From Nannocystales bacterium (lineage in GTDB: Bacteria; Myxococcota_A; Polyangia; Nannocystales; Nannocystaceae), in assembly GCA_050633305.1 (NCBI GenBank), contig JBOEGF010000024.1, positions 320,001 through 384,000 of the forward strand: a stretch of 64,000 nucleotides of DNA, in the 5' to 3' direction. Of the stretch, positions 54,973 to 64,000 are shown in pieces (position 1 is the stretch's first letter; every line of letters starts with the position of its first letter). The notes under the pieces are model-generated. The model worked only from the letters and a program-made list of their open reading frames with translations. It did not search any database and had not been told where the DNA came from. The position numbers and the translations under genes are program-made.

Positions 54973-55596
54973 CTAGCAGGCGCCGAAGTCGGGGGCGTCC
55001 TGGCAGTCTCGTGCGGGGTCTCCCGGGGGGCGGGCGCCCTCGCTGCAGCTGAGCACGTACTCGTGGTCTCCGCCGTTGCAGCTGAACTTGATGACCGTCT
55101 CGCCGGCTCGTAGCGCGGCGAAGTCATCGGCGGTCAGCACGACCTCGTGGCAGTGCCCCGATGCTCCGCTGGCGTCGTAGCTGGCCTCCACGCCCGCATC
55201 GATGTCGGCGAGCGGGATCTCGAGCACGTGTCCGTGGTTGTTCGAGATCACGGCCGCGACGATGCCCTCGACGCAGACGCTCGCTTCGCCGCCCGTGCTC
55301 GAGCCTGAGGAACTGCCGCCCTCGCCGCCGGAGCTCGAGCCGGTGTCCGCGCCGCCGGAGCTGCTGCTCCCACCTTCTGAGGTCGTGGCGTCGGTGGGGT
55401 CGGTCGTTCCCGAAGTCGTGGTGCCGGGGTCCGTGGTGCCGGTCCCCGGGTCGGTCGAGCCGGTGGGGTCGGTGGTCGCATCCGTATCGGTGTCGTTGCC
55501 GTCGGAGTCGTCGCTGTCGCAGCCGACTGCCAAGGCGGCGAGTCCGCATGAGAGCTGTAGAAGGAAGGTCTGTCGAGTAAGCGTACGGTCAGTCAT
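54973..55596 (-). CDS. lipoprotein with Thr/Ser/Gly stalk and His-rich (HGH/HxH) putative metal-binding domain
   Basis: MTDRTLTRQTFLL...LAVGC (Tat-like signal plus lipobox); ISNNHGH, SGHCHEV, GDHEY. Real start 55596. Confidence 0.75.
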   Translation of the reverse strand: MTDRTLTRQTFLLQLSCGLAALAVGCDSDDSDGNDTDTDATTDPTGSTDPGTGTTDPGTTTSGTTDPTDATTSEGGSSSSGGADTGSSSGGEGGSSSGSSTGGEASVCVEGIVAAVISNNHGHVLEIPLADIDAGVEASYDASGASGHCHEVVLTADDFAALRAGETVIKFSCNGGDHEYVLSCSEGARPPGDPARDCQDAPDFGAC

Positions 55597-55749
55597 CGTC
55601 CCTGGGCGGACGCTAGCACTCAGGTGGGTCGGTTCGAGGGGCCCCCCAGGGCTCTGTTGGTACCGGAGACCACGTCCGTTGCGCTGTCTCGCCCATGCGG
55701 CAGTCCGGACCCGATTCCCGCGCGAACGGTGCGCGAAAACGAGCAAGCC

Positions 55750-55784
55750 TTGACATGCCTGTCTGGGTGCGACAACTTGTCGCA
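55750..55784 (+). promoter_or_regulatory. sigma-70 promoter with palindromic operator upstream of the cus operon
   Basis: Perfect TTGACA (55750-55755), 17-nt spacer, CAACTT. Perfect inverted repeat TGCGACAA-c-TTGTCGCA at 55768-55784. Confidence 0.65.
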
Positions 55785-56191
55785 TGATGCGGGCAGCACC
55801 CGAACGAGGCCGAACCGGGCTGGCGCTGGTCGCCGCTTTGGTCTCGCTCATGCTGCTTGCAAGCGCCGGTTGGTCGGGCTCCTTGGCGTGTGCCATGGAC
55901 CGCTCGTCCGAGCGTGCCTGCCCGTGTGAAGGGGAGGGGGCTGGCTCGGAGGGGCCACCCGCTGCGAGTGCACACCGGCCGAGTTGCTGCGCGTCCGAGG
56001 ACCCCTCGGATGTGTCGGTGACTGGTGTGCTCGGGGATTCGTCCGAGCCGTCGGGTGCGGAACTCGGCCAACGGAACCCCACGCTGAGACCGTTCTGCTC
56101 GCCGTGTTTGAGCCCGCCGCAACGCGGCACGAGCCGAGGCCCGCCGACGTTGCTGCGGGTCTTCCTGCGCAATCAGGCGCTGCTGATCTGA
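55784..56191 (+). CDS. small Cys-containing leader protein of the metal-efflux operon (DUF2946-like, RGPP motif)
   Basis: N-terminal hydrophobic helix, CPC/CC/CxxC, C-terminal SRGPP...LLI. Confidence 0.65.
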   Translation: MMRAAPERGRTGLALVAALVSLMLLASAGWSGSLACAMDRSSERACPCEGEGAGSEGPPAASAHRPSCCASEDPSDVSVTGVLGDSSEPSGAELGQRNPTLRPFCSPCLSPPQRGTSRGPPTLLRVFLRNQALLI

Positions 56192-56276
56192 GGGGCGTCG
56201 TCGCCGATCTTCGCGACCGCGACGACACGCTGTCGTCTGCGCCCTCACGTCTTCTCGTGTCACCCAAGGACTCCCC

Positions 56277-57692
56277 ATGATCTTCTTTGGCCGCAGCAGC
56301 GGTCTGTCCATCCGCGTCTGCCTCGCGCTGAGCTTGCCCGCGTGCGCATCGTCGTCGCCACAACAGAACCGCGACCTTCGCAGCGTCGAAGAGACGCTCT
56401 CCGACCCAGTGTCCCAAGAGGACACCGCGGCGCCTGCCGGAGAGTTCGACGGAACGCTCGGCGGGTATGTTGCGTACGCCTACGCCCACAGCCCCGCGCT
56501 CCGGGCGAGCTTTGAGACCTGGCGCGCGGCGACGTTTCGCCCGGACCAGGAACGTCGGCTGCCGGAGCCGACCATCTCCTACGCCGTGTTTGTGCGGAGC
56601 GTGGAGACCCGCGTCGGTCCACAGCGCCACCGATTCGGAGCCTCGCAGTGGTTCCCGTGGCCAACGACGCTGCGGGCTGGGAGCGAGGCGGCCGGGCTCG
56701 AAGCCCAGGCGGCCCAGCGCAGGTTCGAGAGCCACGCCCTCGTGATCGCGGCGGAGGTGTCGGTGGCCTACTGGACGTTGTGGCGTCTTCGTCGACAGGG
56801 CGAGGTGCTCCGCGACGAGATCGACGTGTTGCAGAGCCTCTCTGAACAGGTTCAGGGTCGACTCGCCGTGGGTGCGGCCGAGCTTTCGGACCTCGCCCAG
56901 ATCGACCTGGTGGGCTCTCGAGCGCGGGACCGGCACGCGAGCGTGCTGCAGCATCAACGCGTTGCGAGTGTGCAGCTCGTACGGGTGCTCGGCGCCCCCT
57001 ACGACACCGTGACGCCGGTCAGCCCCCGAGAACCCGAAGTTGCTGGCTTGGCCGAGACGTCCCAGGAGCTGCGCACGGCAGCGGGCGAGCATCCGGACGT
57101 GCAGACGCTGGCTACCCTCTCCGACGCCGCCGGGCACCGGGAGCGTGAAGCCCGGGCGGAGCGAGCCCCGAGCTTTGGCGTGGGTGTCGACTGGATCCTC
57201 ACCGGGGAGGCGCCCGCCCATCTGGGCTCCGTGGACAGCGGAAAGGACGCGGTCGCACTTTCGCTTTCGATGAAGGTGCCGCTGTGGTCGCGGGCCTACA
57301 AAGCCGGCGCGTCCGAGGCTCGAGCTCGCGGAGCCGCGCTGCGCTCGCGAGCGCTTGACGCTCGCAACGGCGTGGCGGCCCAAGTTGGCGAACACGCGGC
57401 GTTGGTCGAGGATGCCGTTCGCCGGGTCGAGGCCTACGGCAGCACGCTCATCCCCCAGGCTCAGACCGCGTTCGAGTCGGTCTTGGCCAGCTTCACCTCC
57501 GGCCGGGCGACCGTGGCCGAGCTGTTGATTGCCGAGCAGGCGCTGTTGGGCCTTCGTGCGGAACGGTTCGCCGCGCAGGCCGACTACGGCACACACCTGG
57601 CCCAGCTGGAGCGCGCCGTCGGGCGTCCGGTCCGCAGATCCCGTCCAAACTCTCTACCCGACAAGGCGGCTTTCGATGACGACCCACGCTGA
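56277..57692 (+). CDS. cusC: CusC-like outer-membrane factor lipoprotein
   Basis: Lipobox LPAC, 'SPALRA', 'LPEP', 'SQWFPWP', 'VPLWSR'. First gene of the RND triad. Confidence 0.88.
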   Translation: MIFFGRSSGLSIRVCLALSLPACASSSPQQNRDLRSVEETLSDPVSQEDTAAPAGEFDGTLGGYVAYAYAHSPALRASFETWRAATFRPDQERRLPEPTISYAVFVRSVETRVGPQRHRFGASQWFPWPTTLRAGSEAAGLEAQAAQRRFESHALVIAAEVSVAYWTLWRLRRQGEVLRDEIDVLQSLSEQVQGRLAVGAAELSDLAQIDLVGSRARDRHASVLQHQRVASVQLVRVLGAPYDTVTPVSPREPEVAGLAETSQELRTAAGEHPDVQTLATLSDAAGHREREARAERAPSFGVGVDWILTGEAPAHLGSVDSGKDAVALSLSMKVPLWSRAYKAGASEARARGAALRSRALDARNGVAAQVGEHAALVEDAVRRVEAYGSTLIPQAQTAFESVLASFTSGRATVAELLIAEQALLGLRAERFAAQADYGTHLAQLERAVGRPVRRSRPNSLPDKAAFDDDPR

Positions 57693-59625
57693 TGCTGAAC
57701 GCTCGGATGACGAGGAGAATCCGCAGGGCCAAGGGGGTGCTTCCGGCCTGACGCCGGAGGCCTTGCCAACACTGAGCCCGCGAGACTCGGCCGGGCCGGG
57801 TGGGGTGCAGCGTGCGGTGCTGTTGGTGGTGGCAGGGTTCTTCCTGGGCGCCGGAGTTCTGGTGCTGCTCTCTGCTGGTGCGGCGCAGACCGCCGGCGTC
57901 CACGCCCATGACGATGCGTCCGAGGGCGAGACGACCTGGACATGCGCGATGGATACTCAGGTTCGGCAACCCGAGCCTGGGCCGTGCCCGATCTGCGGAA
58001 TGGACATGATCCCGTTGTCGAGCGACGCCGACAAACCCGGCGAGCGCATCGTGCTTTCACAACGGGCGCAGGTGCTCTCGAAACTCACGACGGCTACGGT
58101 CCGTCGGCAGGCCCACGCGACCGCCGACCTGCGCCTGTTGGGGCGCATCGAGCCCAACGAGGCTTCCCTCAAGACCGTCACCGCCTGGATCGGTGGACGC
58201 ATCGACAACCTGCGGGTGAAAGAGACCGGGAAGCGTGTCCGTAAAGGTCAGGTCATCGCGACACTGTACAGTCCCGAGGTCTTTGCGGCCCATCAGGACC
58301 TGCTCGTTGCGAAGCGGCAGGTCGAGCGGATGCGTGATAGCCCACCGACGTCGCGTTGGGCTGCCGATGCCGCCCTCGATGCGTCCCGGGAGAAACTCGG
58401 GCTGCTCGGTGTCCCCGATGCCGAGGTCACGCGGATGGAAGGCCAGAAAAAGCCGACCCGCGCGGTGGCAATCCGCTCTCCGTTCTCGGGCACGGTGATC
58501 GAGCGCATCGCCACCGAGGGCGCGTACATCACGACCGGGGCGTCTTTGTATCGCATCGCCAACCTCAACTCGCTTTGGGTCCAGCTCGACGCGTACGAGA
58601 GCGACCTCGCCCGACTCTCGCTGGGGCAGACCGTCCTCGTCTCGGTCGAGGCGGTTCCCGACGAGGTGTTCGAGGGGACGGTCACGTTCATCGACCCGAT
58701 CCTCGACCCCAAGCGCCGTACTGCGCGGGTTCGCGTTCAGCTCGAGAACCGTGATGGCCGTCTGCGGCCCGGCATGTTCGCCGAGGCCACGGTCGCGACG
58801 AAACAGCCCGAGGGCTCGCCCACACCCTTGGTCGTCCCCTCGACCGCGCCGCTGTTCACCGGGCGGCGCGCGGTCGTCTACGTGGAAGTGGACGCCGGCG
58901 ACCGTGTTGCTTACGAAGCTCGGACCGTTCGGCTTGGCCCGAGGCTCGGCAAGGTCTACCCCGTCGTGGCGGGCCTCTCCGAAGGCGAAAGAGTTGTGAC
59001 GCGCGGCGCCTTCGCGTTGGATGCCGACCTCCAGATCCGGGGTGGGGCGAGCATGATGACCTCGGCCGACGACCACGAAGTCGGGGTCTGGGACCGCATC
59101 GTCGAGCTCTCCGATGAGCAGCGAAAGGGGCTTGCCCCCGTGGTCTCCGCGTACCTGGACGCCCAGGTGGCGCTGGCCGACGACGATCTGGAGGGCGCCA
59201 AGACCTCGGCATCGGCGCTGATCGATGCGGTCGTCGCGGTGGAGATGTCTCGGCCCACCGAGGCCAAGGACGCGTGGTCGGAGAACTCGGTCGCGCTGCG
59301 GGGTCACGGACAACACGTCTCCAAAGCCGAGACGCTCGAGGATGCCCGGGCGGGGTTCGAGCCGTTGAGCGAAGCGGTCATTCGGTTGCTCGGGCGATTC
59401 GGGAACCCGCTCGAGGCGGCGGTCCGCCTCGCCCACTGTCCGATGGCGTCGCGGAACGAAGGGGCGCTGTGGTTGCAACAGGGGGCCGTCGTCGACAACC
59501 CTTACTTCGGAGCATCGATGCTGGACTGCGGTGAGATCCGCAAGGAGGTCGCCCCTGGCGCATACCTGAGGCCCCCTTCGACCAGGCCGCTACGCACTGC
59601 GGGCGGGGGAGGGCACCAGCATTGA
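57676..59625 (+). CDS. cusB: CusB-like membrane fusion protein with heavy-metal-binding domain and DUF3347-like C-terminus
   Basis: WTCAM...PGPCPICGMD, LYSPE, LRPGMFA, AYLD...ALADDD, HCPMA....GA.WLQ....NPYFG.SML.CG. Confidence 0.92.
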   Translation: MTTHADAERSDDEENPQGQGGASGLTPEALPTLSPRDSAGPGGVQRAVLLVVAGFFLGAGVLVLLSAGAAQTAGVHAHDDASEGETTWTCAMDTQVRQPEPGPCPICGMDMIPLSSDADKPGERIVLSQRAQVLSKLTTATVRRQAHATADLRLLGRIEPNEASLKTVTAWIGGRIDNLRVKETGKRVRKGQVIATLYSPEVFAAHQDLLVAKRQVERMRDSPPTSRWAADAALDASREKLGLLGVPDAEVTRMEGQKKPTRAVAIRSPFSGTVIERIATEGAYITTGASLYRIANLNSLWVQLDAYESDLARLSLGQTVLVSVEAVPDEVFEGTVTFIDPILDPKRRTARVRVQLENRDGRLRPGMFAEATVATKQPEGSPTPLVVPSTAPLFTGRRAVVYVEVDAGDRVAYEARTVRLGPRLGKVYPVVAGLSEGERVVTRGAFALDADLQIRGGASMMTSADDHEVGVWDRIVELSDEQRKGLAPVVSAYLDAQVALADDDLEGAKTSASALIDAVVAVEMSRPTEAKDAWSENSVALRGHGQHVSKAETLEDARAGFEPLSEAVIRLLGRFGNPLEAAVRLAHCPMASRNEGALWLQQGAVVDNPYFGASMLDCGEIRKEVAPGAYLRPPSTRPLRTAGGGGHQH

Positions 59626-62600
59626 CCTCTGCACCGCCGCCCGGCGACGACGCGCCCCAGGGCTTGTGGGAGGCGATCATCGGCTGGTTCATCGAGAACA
59701 AGCTGATCGCGTTTGTGCTGGCGACAATGCTCGTCGCTGGCGGCATCTACGTGGCGCCGTTTTCCTTCGAGAGTGGCTCGATTCCGCGGGATCCGGTTCC
59801 GGTCGATGCCATCCCGGACATCGGGGAGAACCAACAGATCGTCTTCACCGCGTGGGAGGGACGATCGCCGCGAGACATCGAAGACCAGGTCTCGTATCCG
59901 TTGACGACCGCGTTGCTGGGCATCCCCGGGGTGCGCACCGTCCGGAGTTCGTCGGCGTTTGGCTTCTCTACGATCTCGGTGATCTTTGGCGACGAGGTCG
60001 AGTTCTACTGGTCGCGGTCGCGGGTGCTGGAGAAGCTGGCCTCGCTGCCGCCAGGGACCGTGCCCGAGGGCGTCACGCCGACGCTCGGCCCCGACGCAAC
60101 CGCCTTGGGGCAGATCTTCTGGTACACGCTCGAAGGCCAAGACCCGCAGGGGAGAACGGTCGGAGGTTGGGACCCGGACGAGCTCCGAAGTATCCAGGAT
60201 TGGACCGTTCGGTACGCGCTGCAGGCCGTCGAAGGCGTCAGCGAAGTGGCCTCGGTCGGCGGGTTTGTGCGGGAGTACCAGGTCGACGTCGACCCCGAGG
60301 CGATGCGGGCCCACGGGGTCACGCTCGCCCAGGTCGCGGGTGCTGTGCGCAACAGCAACCTCGATGTGGGGGCCCGGACGCTCGAGATCAACGGCGCCGA
60401 GTACATGGTGCGGGGGCTCGGGTTCCTCGAGAACATCGAAGACCTGGAGGCGACCGTCGTGGTGGCCCGCGAGCACACCCCGATCCGGGTTCGAGACGTG
60501 GGGCGGGTTTCGATGGGGCCTGGACTGCGCCGCGGAGCGCTCGACGACGAGGGCGCTCCTGCTGTGGGGGGCGTGGTCGTGGCGCGCTACATGGAGAATC
60601 CGTTGGCGGTGATCTCGGCGGTCAAGGAGAAGGTCGAGCAGATTCAAGCTGGGCTTCCCAGTCGCACCCTCGAAGACGGCACGGTCAGTCAGGTCACCGT
60701 CGTCCCGTTCTACGACCGGACCACGCTGATCGAGGAGACGCTGGGCACGCTGTCGACCGCACTCTTTCAGGAGGTCCTCATCACGATCATTGTGGTGCTG
60801 GTCATGCTTCGGAACATGCGGAGCTCGATGCTCATCTCGCTCATGCTGCCGTTGGGCGTCCTCGCCGCGTTCGTCGCGATGAAGCTCTGGGGCGTGGACG
60901 CCAACATCATGGCGCTGGGCGGGATCGCGATCGCCATCGGGACGATGGTCGACATCGGCATCGTCTTCGTCGAGAACATCAGCCAGCACTTGCAGGAAGC
61001 TCCTGCCGGCGCATCGAGGGCGGCCGTGGTGCGTCGGGCGACGGCCGAGGTCGCGCCCGCAGTGGTCACTTCGGTGCTCACGACGGTCGTCAGCTTTCTA
61101 CCGGTCTTCGGCCTCTCCTCCACCGAGCTGCGGCTGTTCGGCCCGCTCGCGTTCACGAAGACGTTTGCGATGGGCGGGGTTCTCCTGCTCGCATTGCTCG
61201 TGCTTCCCGGCGCCGCGCTGGTCGTGTTTCGAGAGCGCCCGGCCGCACCGAAGACGTCCCGCACGGGGCTCCACCGGGTCGCGCGGTCGCTGTTTCGTGC
61301 CGAGCACGCGCGAGATTGGGTCCTGCTGGGGCTCGGGGCGCTGCTGCTTCCGTATTCGTTGTTGGGGGGCGCGTTCGTCCTCGGGCTCGGTGTCTACCGT
61401 CTCGTGCGGCCGCTGCTGAGTCTTGGCGTGAACCGCAGCGTGACCGTGGCCGAGAACGTGCTGGCGATCATCGCGGTGACGCTCCTGCTCGCGGAGAACT
61501 GGATGCCGCTGGGGGGTGGACAGAGCCTCGCGCTCAACGGCGTGTTCGTCGGGGCCCTCATCGCGTTGGTGATGGGCACGTTCCGGTTGTTCGAGTCGGC
61601 GTATCCAAGGCTGTTGTGGTCGATCCTTCGTAACAAGGCGTTGTTCTTGATGCTCCCCGCGTCCGTGGTGTTGTTTGGCACCACCGCTTGGCTGGGATTC
61701 GACACCGTCTTCGGCCCGCTTGCCGGGCAGGTCCGCACCGTGCAACCGGTGTCGAAGGTCAGGCACGCGTTCCCGGGGCTTGGGCGCGAATACATGCCGC
61801 CCTTCGACGAGGGGTCGTTCCTGTTCATGCCCTCGACGATGCCGCATGCGTCGATGGGCGAGGTCCTGGAGATGCTCTCGGCGATCGATGCCGCGATCGC
61901 CCAGATCCCCGAGGTCGACCGGGTGGTGGGGAAGGCGGGGCGCGCCGACACGGCGCTCGACCCGGCGCCGCTGTCGATGTTCGAGACCGTCGTCACCTAC
62001 GTTCCGGAGTATGCGGTGGCGCCCGATGGGTCTCGCGTTCGGCAGTGGCGTGACCACATTCGGACGCCCGCGGACATCTGGACCGAACTCGTCGCAGCCG
62101 CAGAGCGTCCCGGGGTCACCAGCGCGCCGACGCTCATGCCGATCGGCGCACGAATCGTGATGTTGCAGAGCGGGATGCGGGCGCCGATCGGGATCAAGGT
62201 TCACGGCCCCACGCTCGAGGCGATCGAGGTGTTTGGCCTCCGTCTCGAGGAGGTGCTCAAAGGCGTGCCCGCGGTCCGCTCGGACACCGTGTTCGCGGAC
62301 CGGGTGGTCGGAAAACCCTACCTGGAGATCGAGCTCGACCGGGAGGCCATCGGACGATTCGGACTCACGATCGTCGACGTGCAGAACGTCCTGCAGGTGG
62401 CGCTGGGCGGCATGACGCTGACCCGCACCGTGGAGGGGCGAGAGCGGTATCCGGTCCGGGTCCGCTACATGAGGGAGGAGCGCGACAACCTCGAGGCCCT
62501 CGACCGCGTGTTCGTCCCGACGCCGGGCGGGGAACAGGTTCCTCTGGCCCAACTCGCCGACATCCAATACGTGCGCGGCCCTCAGGTGATCAAGGCGGAG

Positions 62601-63398
62601 GACACCTTTCTGACCAGCTTCGTCCTGTTTGACCGCGAGCCCGAAATCGCCGAGGTCGAGGTCGTCGAGCAGGCGCGGGCGGTGATCGAGGCACAGATCG
62701 ACAGCGGAGCGCTGCAGGTCCCAGCGGGCGTCAGCTACGAGTTCTCCGGATCCTACGAGAACCAGATCCGCAGCGAGAAGCGGCTGATGATGTTGATCCC
62801 GGTCGCGCTGGCATTGGTCTTCATCCTGCTCTACCTGCAGTTCCACCGCGTCGCGACGACCGCGATCATCTACACGGGGGTCGCCGTCTCGGTCTCCGGT
62901 GGCTTCGTGCTCTTGTGGCTGTACGGCCAGCCGTGGTTTCTGAACTTCGAGCTGCTGGGCATGCCGATGCGGGAGCTGTTTCAGGTCCACACGATCAACA
63001 TGTCGGTCGCGGTCTGGATCGGCTTCATCGCGTTGGTCGGCATCGCCACCGATGACGGTGTGGTGATCTCCACCTACCTCAAGCAGCGCTTCGAGCAGGA
63101 CCCGCCCACGACGGTCACCGAGGTGCGGCGCCGAACGCTGGAGGCGGGGTCGCGACGCGTCCGGCCGTGTCTGATGACCACCGCGACGACGATCCTGGCC
63201 CTGTTGCCGGTCATCACCTCCCAAGGACGTGGGGCGGACATCATGATGCCGATGGCGCTTCCCGCGGTCGGTGGTATGGCGCTCGAGCTGCTCACGTTGT
63301 TCGTCGTCCCGGTGCTGTACTGCGCGGTCGAGGAGCGCCGGCTGTCCAAGCGCCTGCGCGCGACCGCGTCGCATCTCGAGGAGACCCTCGAGGACTGA
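59622..63398 (+). CDS. cusA: CusA/CzcA-family heavy-metal RND transporter (Cu+/Ag+ type)
   Basis: VDAIPDIGENQQIV, PDATALGQIFWY, GIAIAIGTMVD. Met triad equivalents FLFMP / PLSMFET / RIVMLQSG. RVRPCLMT. Confidence 0.95.
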   Translation: MTSAPPPGDDAPQGLWEAIIGWFIENKLIAFVLATMLVAGGIYVAPFSFESGSIPRDPVPVDAIPDIGENQQIVFTAWEGRSPRDIEDQVSYPLTTALLGIPGVRTVRSSSAFGFSTISVIFGDEVEFYWSRSRVLEKLASLPPGTVPEGVTPTLGPDATALGQIFWYTLEGQDPQGRTVGGWDPDELRSIQDWTVRYALQAVEGVSEVASVGGFVREYQVDVDPEAMRAHGVTLAQVAGAVRNSNLDVGARTLEINGAEYMVRGLGFLENIEDLEATVVVAREHTPIRVRDVGRVSMGPGLRRGALDDEGAPAVGGVVVARYMENPLAVISAVKEKVEQIQAGLPSRTLEDGTVSQVTVVPFYDRTTLIEETLGTLSTALFQEVLITIIVVLVMLRNMRSSMLISLMLPLGVLAAFVAMKLWGVDANIMALGGIAIAIGTMVDIGIVFVENISQHLQEAPAGASRAAVVRRATAEVAPAVVTSVLTTVVSFLPVFGLSSTELRLFGPLAFTKTFAMGGVLLLALLVLPGAALVVFRERPAAPKTSRTGLHRVARSLFRAEHARDWVLLGLGALLLPYSLLGGAFVLGLGVYRLVRPLLSLGVNRSVTVAENVLAIIAVTLLLAENWMPLGGGQSLALNGVFVGALIALVMGTFRLFESAYPRLLWSILRNKALFLMLPASVVLFGTTAWLGFDTVFGPLAGQVRTVQPVSKVRHAFPGLGREYMPPFDEGSFLFMPSTMPHASMGEVLEMLSAIDAAIAQIPEVDRVVGKAGRADTALDPAPLSMFETVVTYVPEYAVAPDGSRVRQWRDHIRTPADIWTELVAAAERPGVTSAPTLMPIGARIVMLQSGMRAPIGIKVHGPTLEAIEVFGLRLEEVLKGVPAVRSDTVFADRVVGKPYLEIELDREAIGRFGLTIVDVQNVLQVALGGMTLTRTVEGRERYPVRVRYMREERDNLEALDRVFVPTPGGEQVPLAQLADIQYVRGPQVIKAEDTFLTSFVLFDREPEIAEVEVVEQARAVIEAQIDSGALQVPAGVSYEFSGSYENQIRSEKRLMMLIPVALALVFILLYLQFHRVATTAIIYTGVAVSVSGGFVLLWLYGQPWFLNFELLGMPMRELFQVHTINMSVAVWIGFIALVGIATDDGVVISTYLKQRFEQDPPTTVTEVRRRTLEAGSRRVRPCLMTTATTILALLPVITSQGRGADIMMPMALPAVGGMALELLTLFVVPVLYCAVEERRLSKRLRATASHLEETLED

Positions 63399-63445
63399 GG
63401 CCGCAGGACATTCCCCGTGCCAGCGGGTAGGGTCGCGAGGGCAGC

Positions 63446-64000
63446 ATGAGCGAGCGTGACGACAGCCTCGACCCTCCCGACTGGGACGTCTTTCGCCGAC
63501 TTGCGCACGAGGCCCTCGATCACGCGATCGACACGATGGCCAGTGTTCGGGAGCGTCCGGCTTGGCAGGCGCCTCCGCAGCGGACCGAGGGGGACGTGCT
63601 TCCGTGGGACCCGACGCCACTGCGCGAGGTGTGTGCGGCGATCGAGCGGGATGTGCTGCCCTTCGGCGTCGGCAATACGCACCCGCGTTTTTTTGGGTGG
63701 GTTCATGGCGCGGGAACGGTGGAGGGCATCGTGGCTGCGATCTACACCGCGGCGATGAACGCTAACGTCGGAGGCCGCGAGCATGCGGCCGTGCATGTCG
63801 AACGGGAGGTCCTGGGATGGTTCAAGCAGCTGGTCGGATTCCCGCAGTCGGCCCAAGGCATCCTGCTCAGCGGAACGTCGATGGCCACGATGATCGCGCT
63901 GGCGGTGGCCCGTCATGGCCGCGAAGACCGGCTCGACGCGGTCCGCATCTACACCTCCGACCAGGCGCATATCTCGGTGGCCAAGGCGCTGCGGGTGCTG
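63446..64000 (+). CDS. PLP-dependent (group II, aromatic-L-amino-acid-type) decarboxylase, 5' part
   Basis: Manual translation: MSERDDSLDPPDWDVFRRLAH...NTHPRFFGWVHG...NANVGG...VEREV...GILLSGTSMATMIALAVAR...YTSDQAHISVAKA. Runs off the right edge; not in the ORF track. Confidence 0.88.
   Translation, partial: MSERDDSLDPPDWDVFRRLAHEALDHAIDTMASVRERPAWQAPPQRTEGDVLPWDPTPLREVCAAIERDVLPFGVGNTHPRFFGWVHGAGTVEGIVAAIYTAAMNANVGGREHAAVHVEREVLGWFKQLVGFPQSAQGILLSGTSMATMIALAVARHGREDRLDAVRIYTSDQAHISVAKALRVL

Overview
High-GC myxobacterial (Myxococcota, probably Nannocystales-like) core-chromosome segment. I saw no mobile elements, CRISPR, rRNA or tRNA. Left to right: a partial PEP/pyruvate-binding-domain gene, glpK, an esterase and an orphan sigma-54 response regulator. 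Next comes the type IV pilus/polarity region (Xre-HTH, pilMNOPQ, aroK, aroB, a lipoprotein, mglC, aroQ, accB, accC, sgmX), then a Cys/Met PLP enzyme and tig-clpP-clpX. After these lie a metzincin-like lipoprotein and a small glycan cluster (Wzy/O-antigen-ligase-like, Wzx, PAPS sulfotransferase, 2OG-Fe oxygenase). Then follow a large S41 protease, an RpoH-type sigma, rsmI, an SGNH-like lipoprotein, an aryl-sulfate sulfotransferase and an outer-membrane barrel. Further right are a sigma-54 two-component pair, romX-rluD-pgeF, a small membrane protein and an orphan TolC. The window ends with an ECF sigma/anti-sigma/lipoprotein operon, a His-rich lipoprotein, a CusCBA-type Cu/Ag efflux operon and a partial PLP decarboxylase. 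Most striking: (1) a 1505-aa PilQ secretin with a ~720-aa Ala/Lys coiled-coil rod between its AMIN domains; (2) a recurring leaderless-promoter architecture; (3) a candidate metal-response island (ECF operon with Cys- and His-rich lipoproteins, plus a palindromic operator on cusCBA); (4) a candidate sulfated-glycan pathway; (5) small phased or hairpin repeat arrays upstream of the pil operon, clpX and an 81-aa membrane protein. All family assignments come from motif recognition by eye; no database searches were run.
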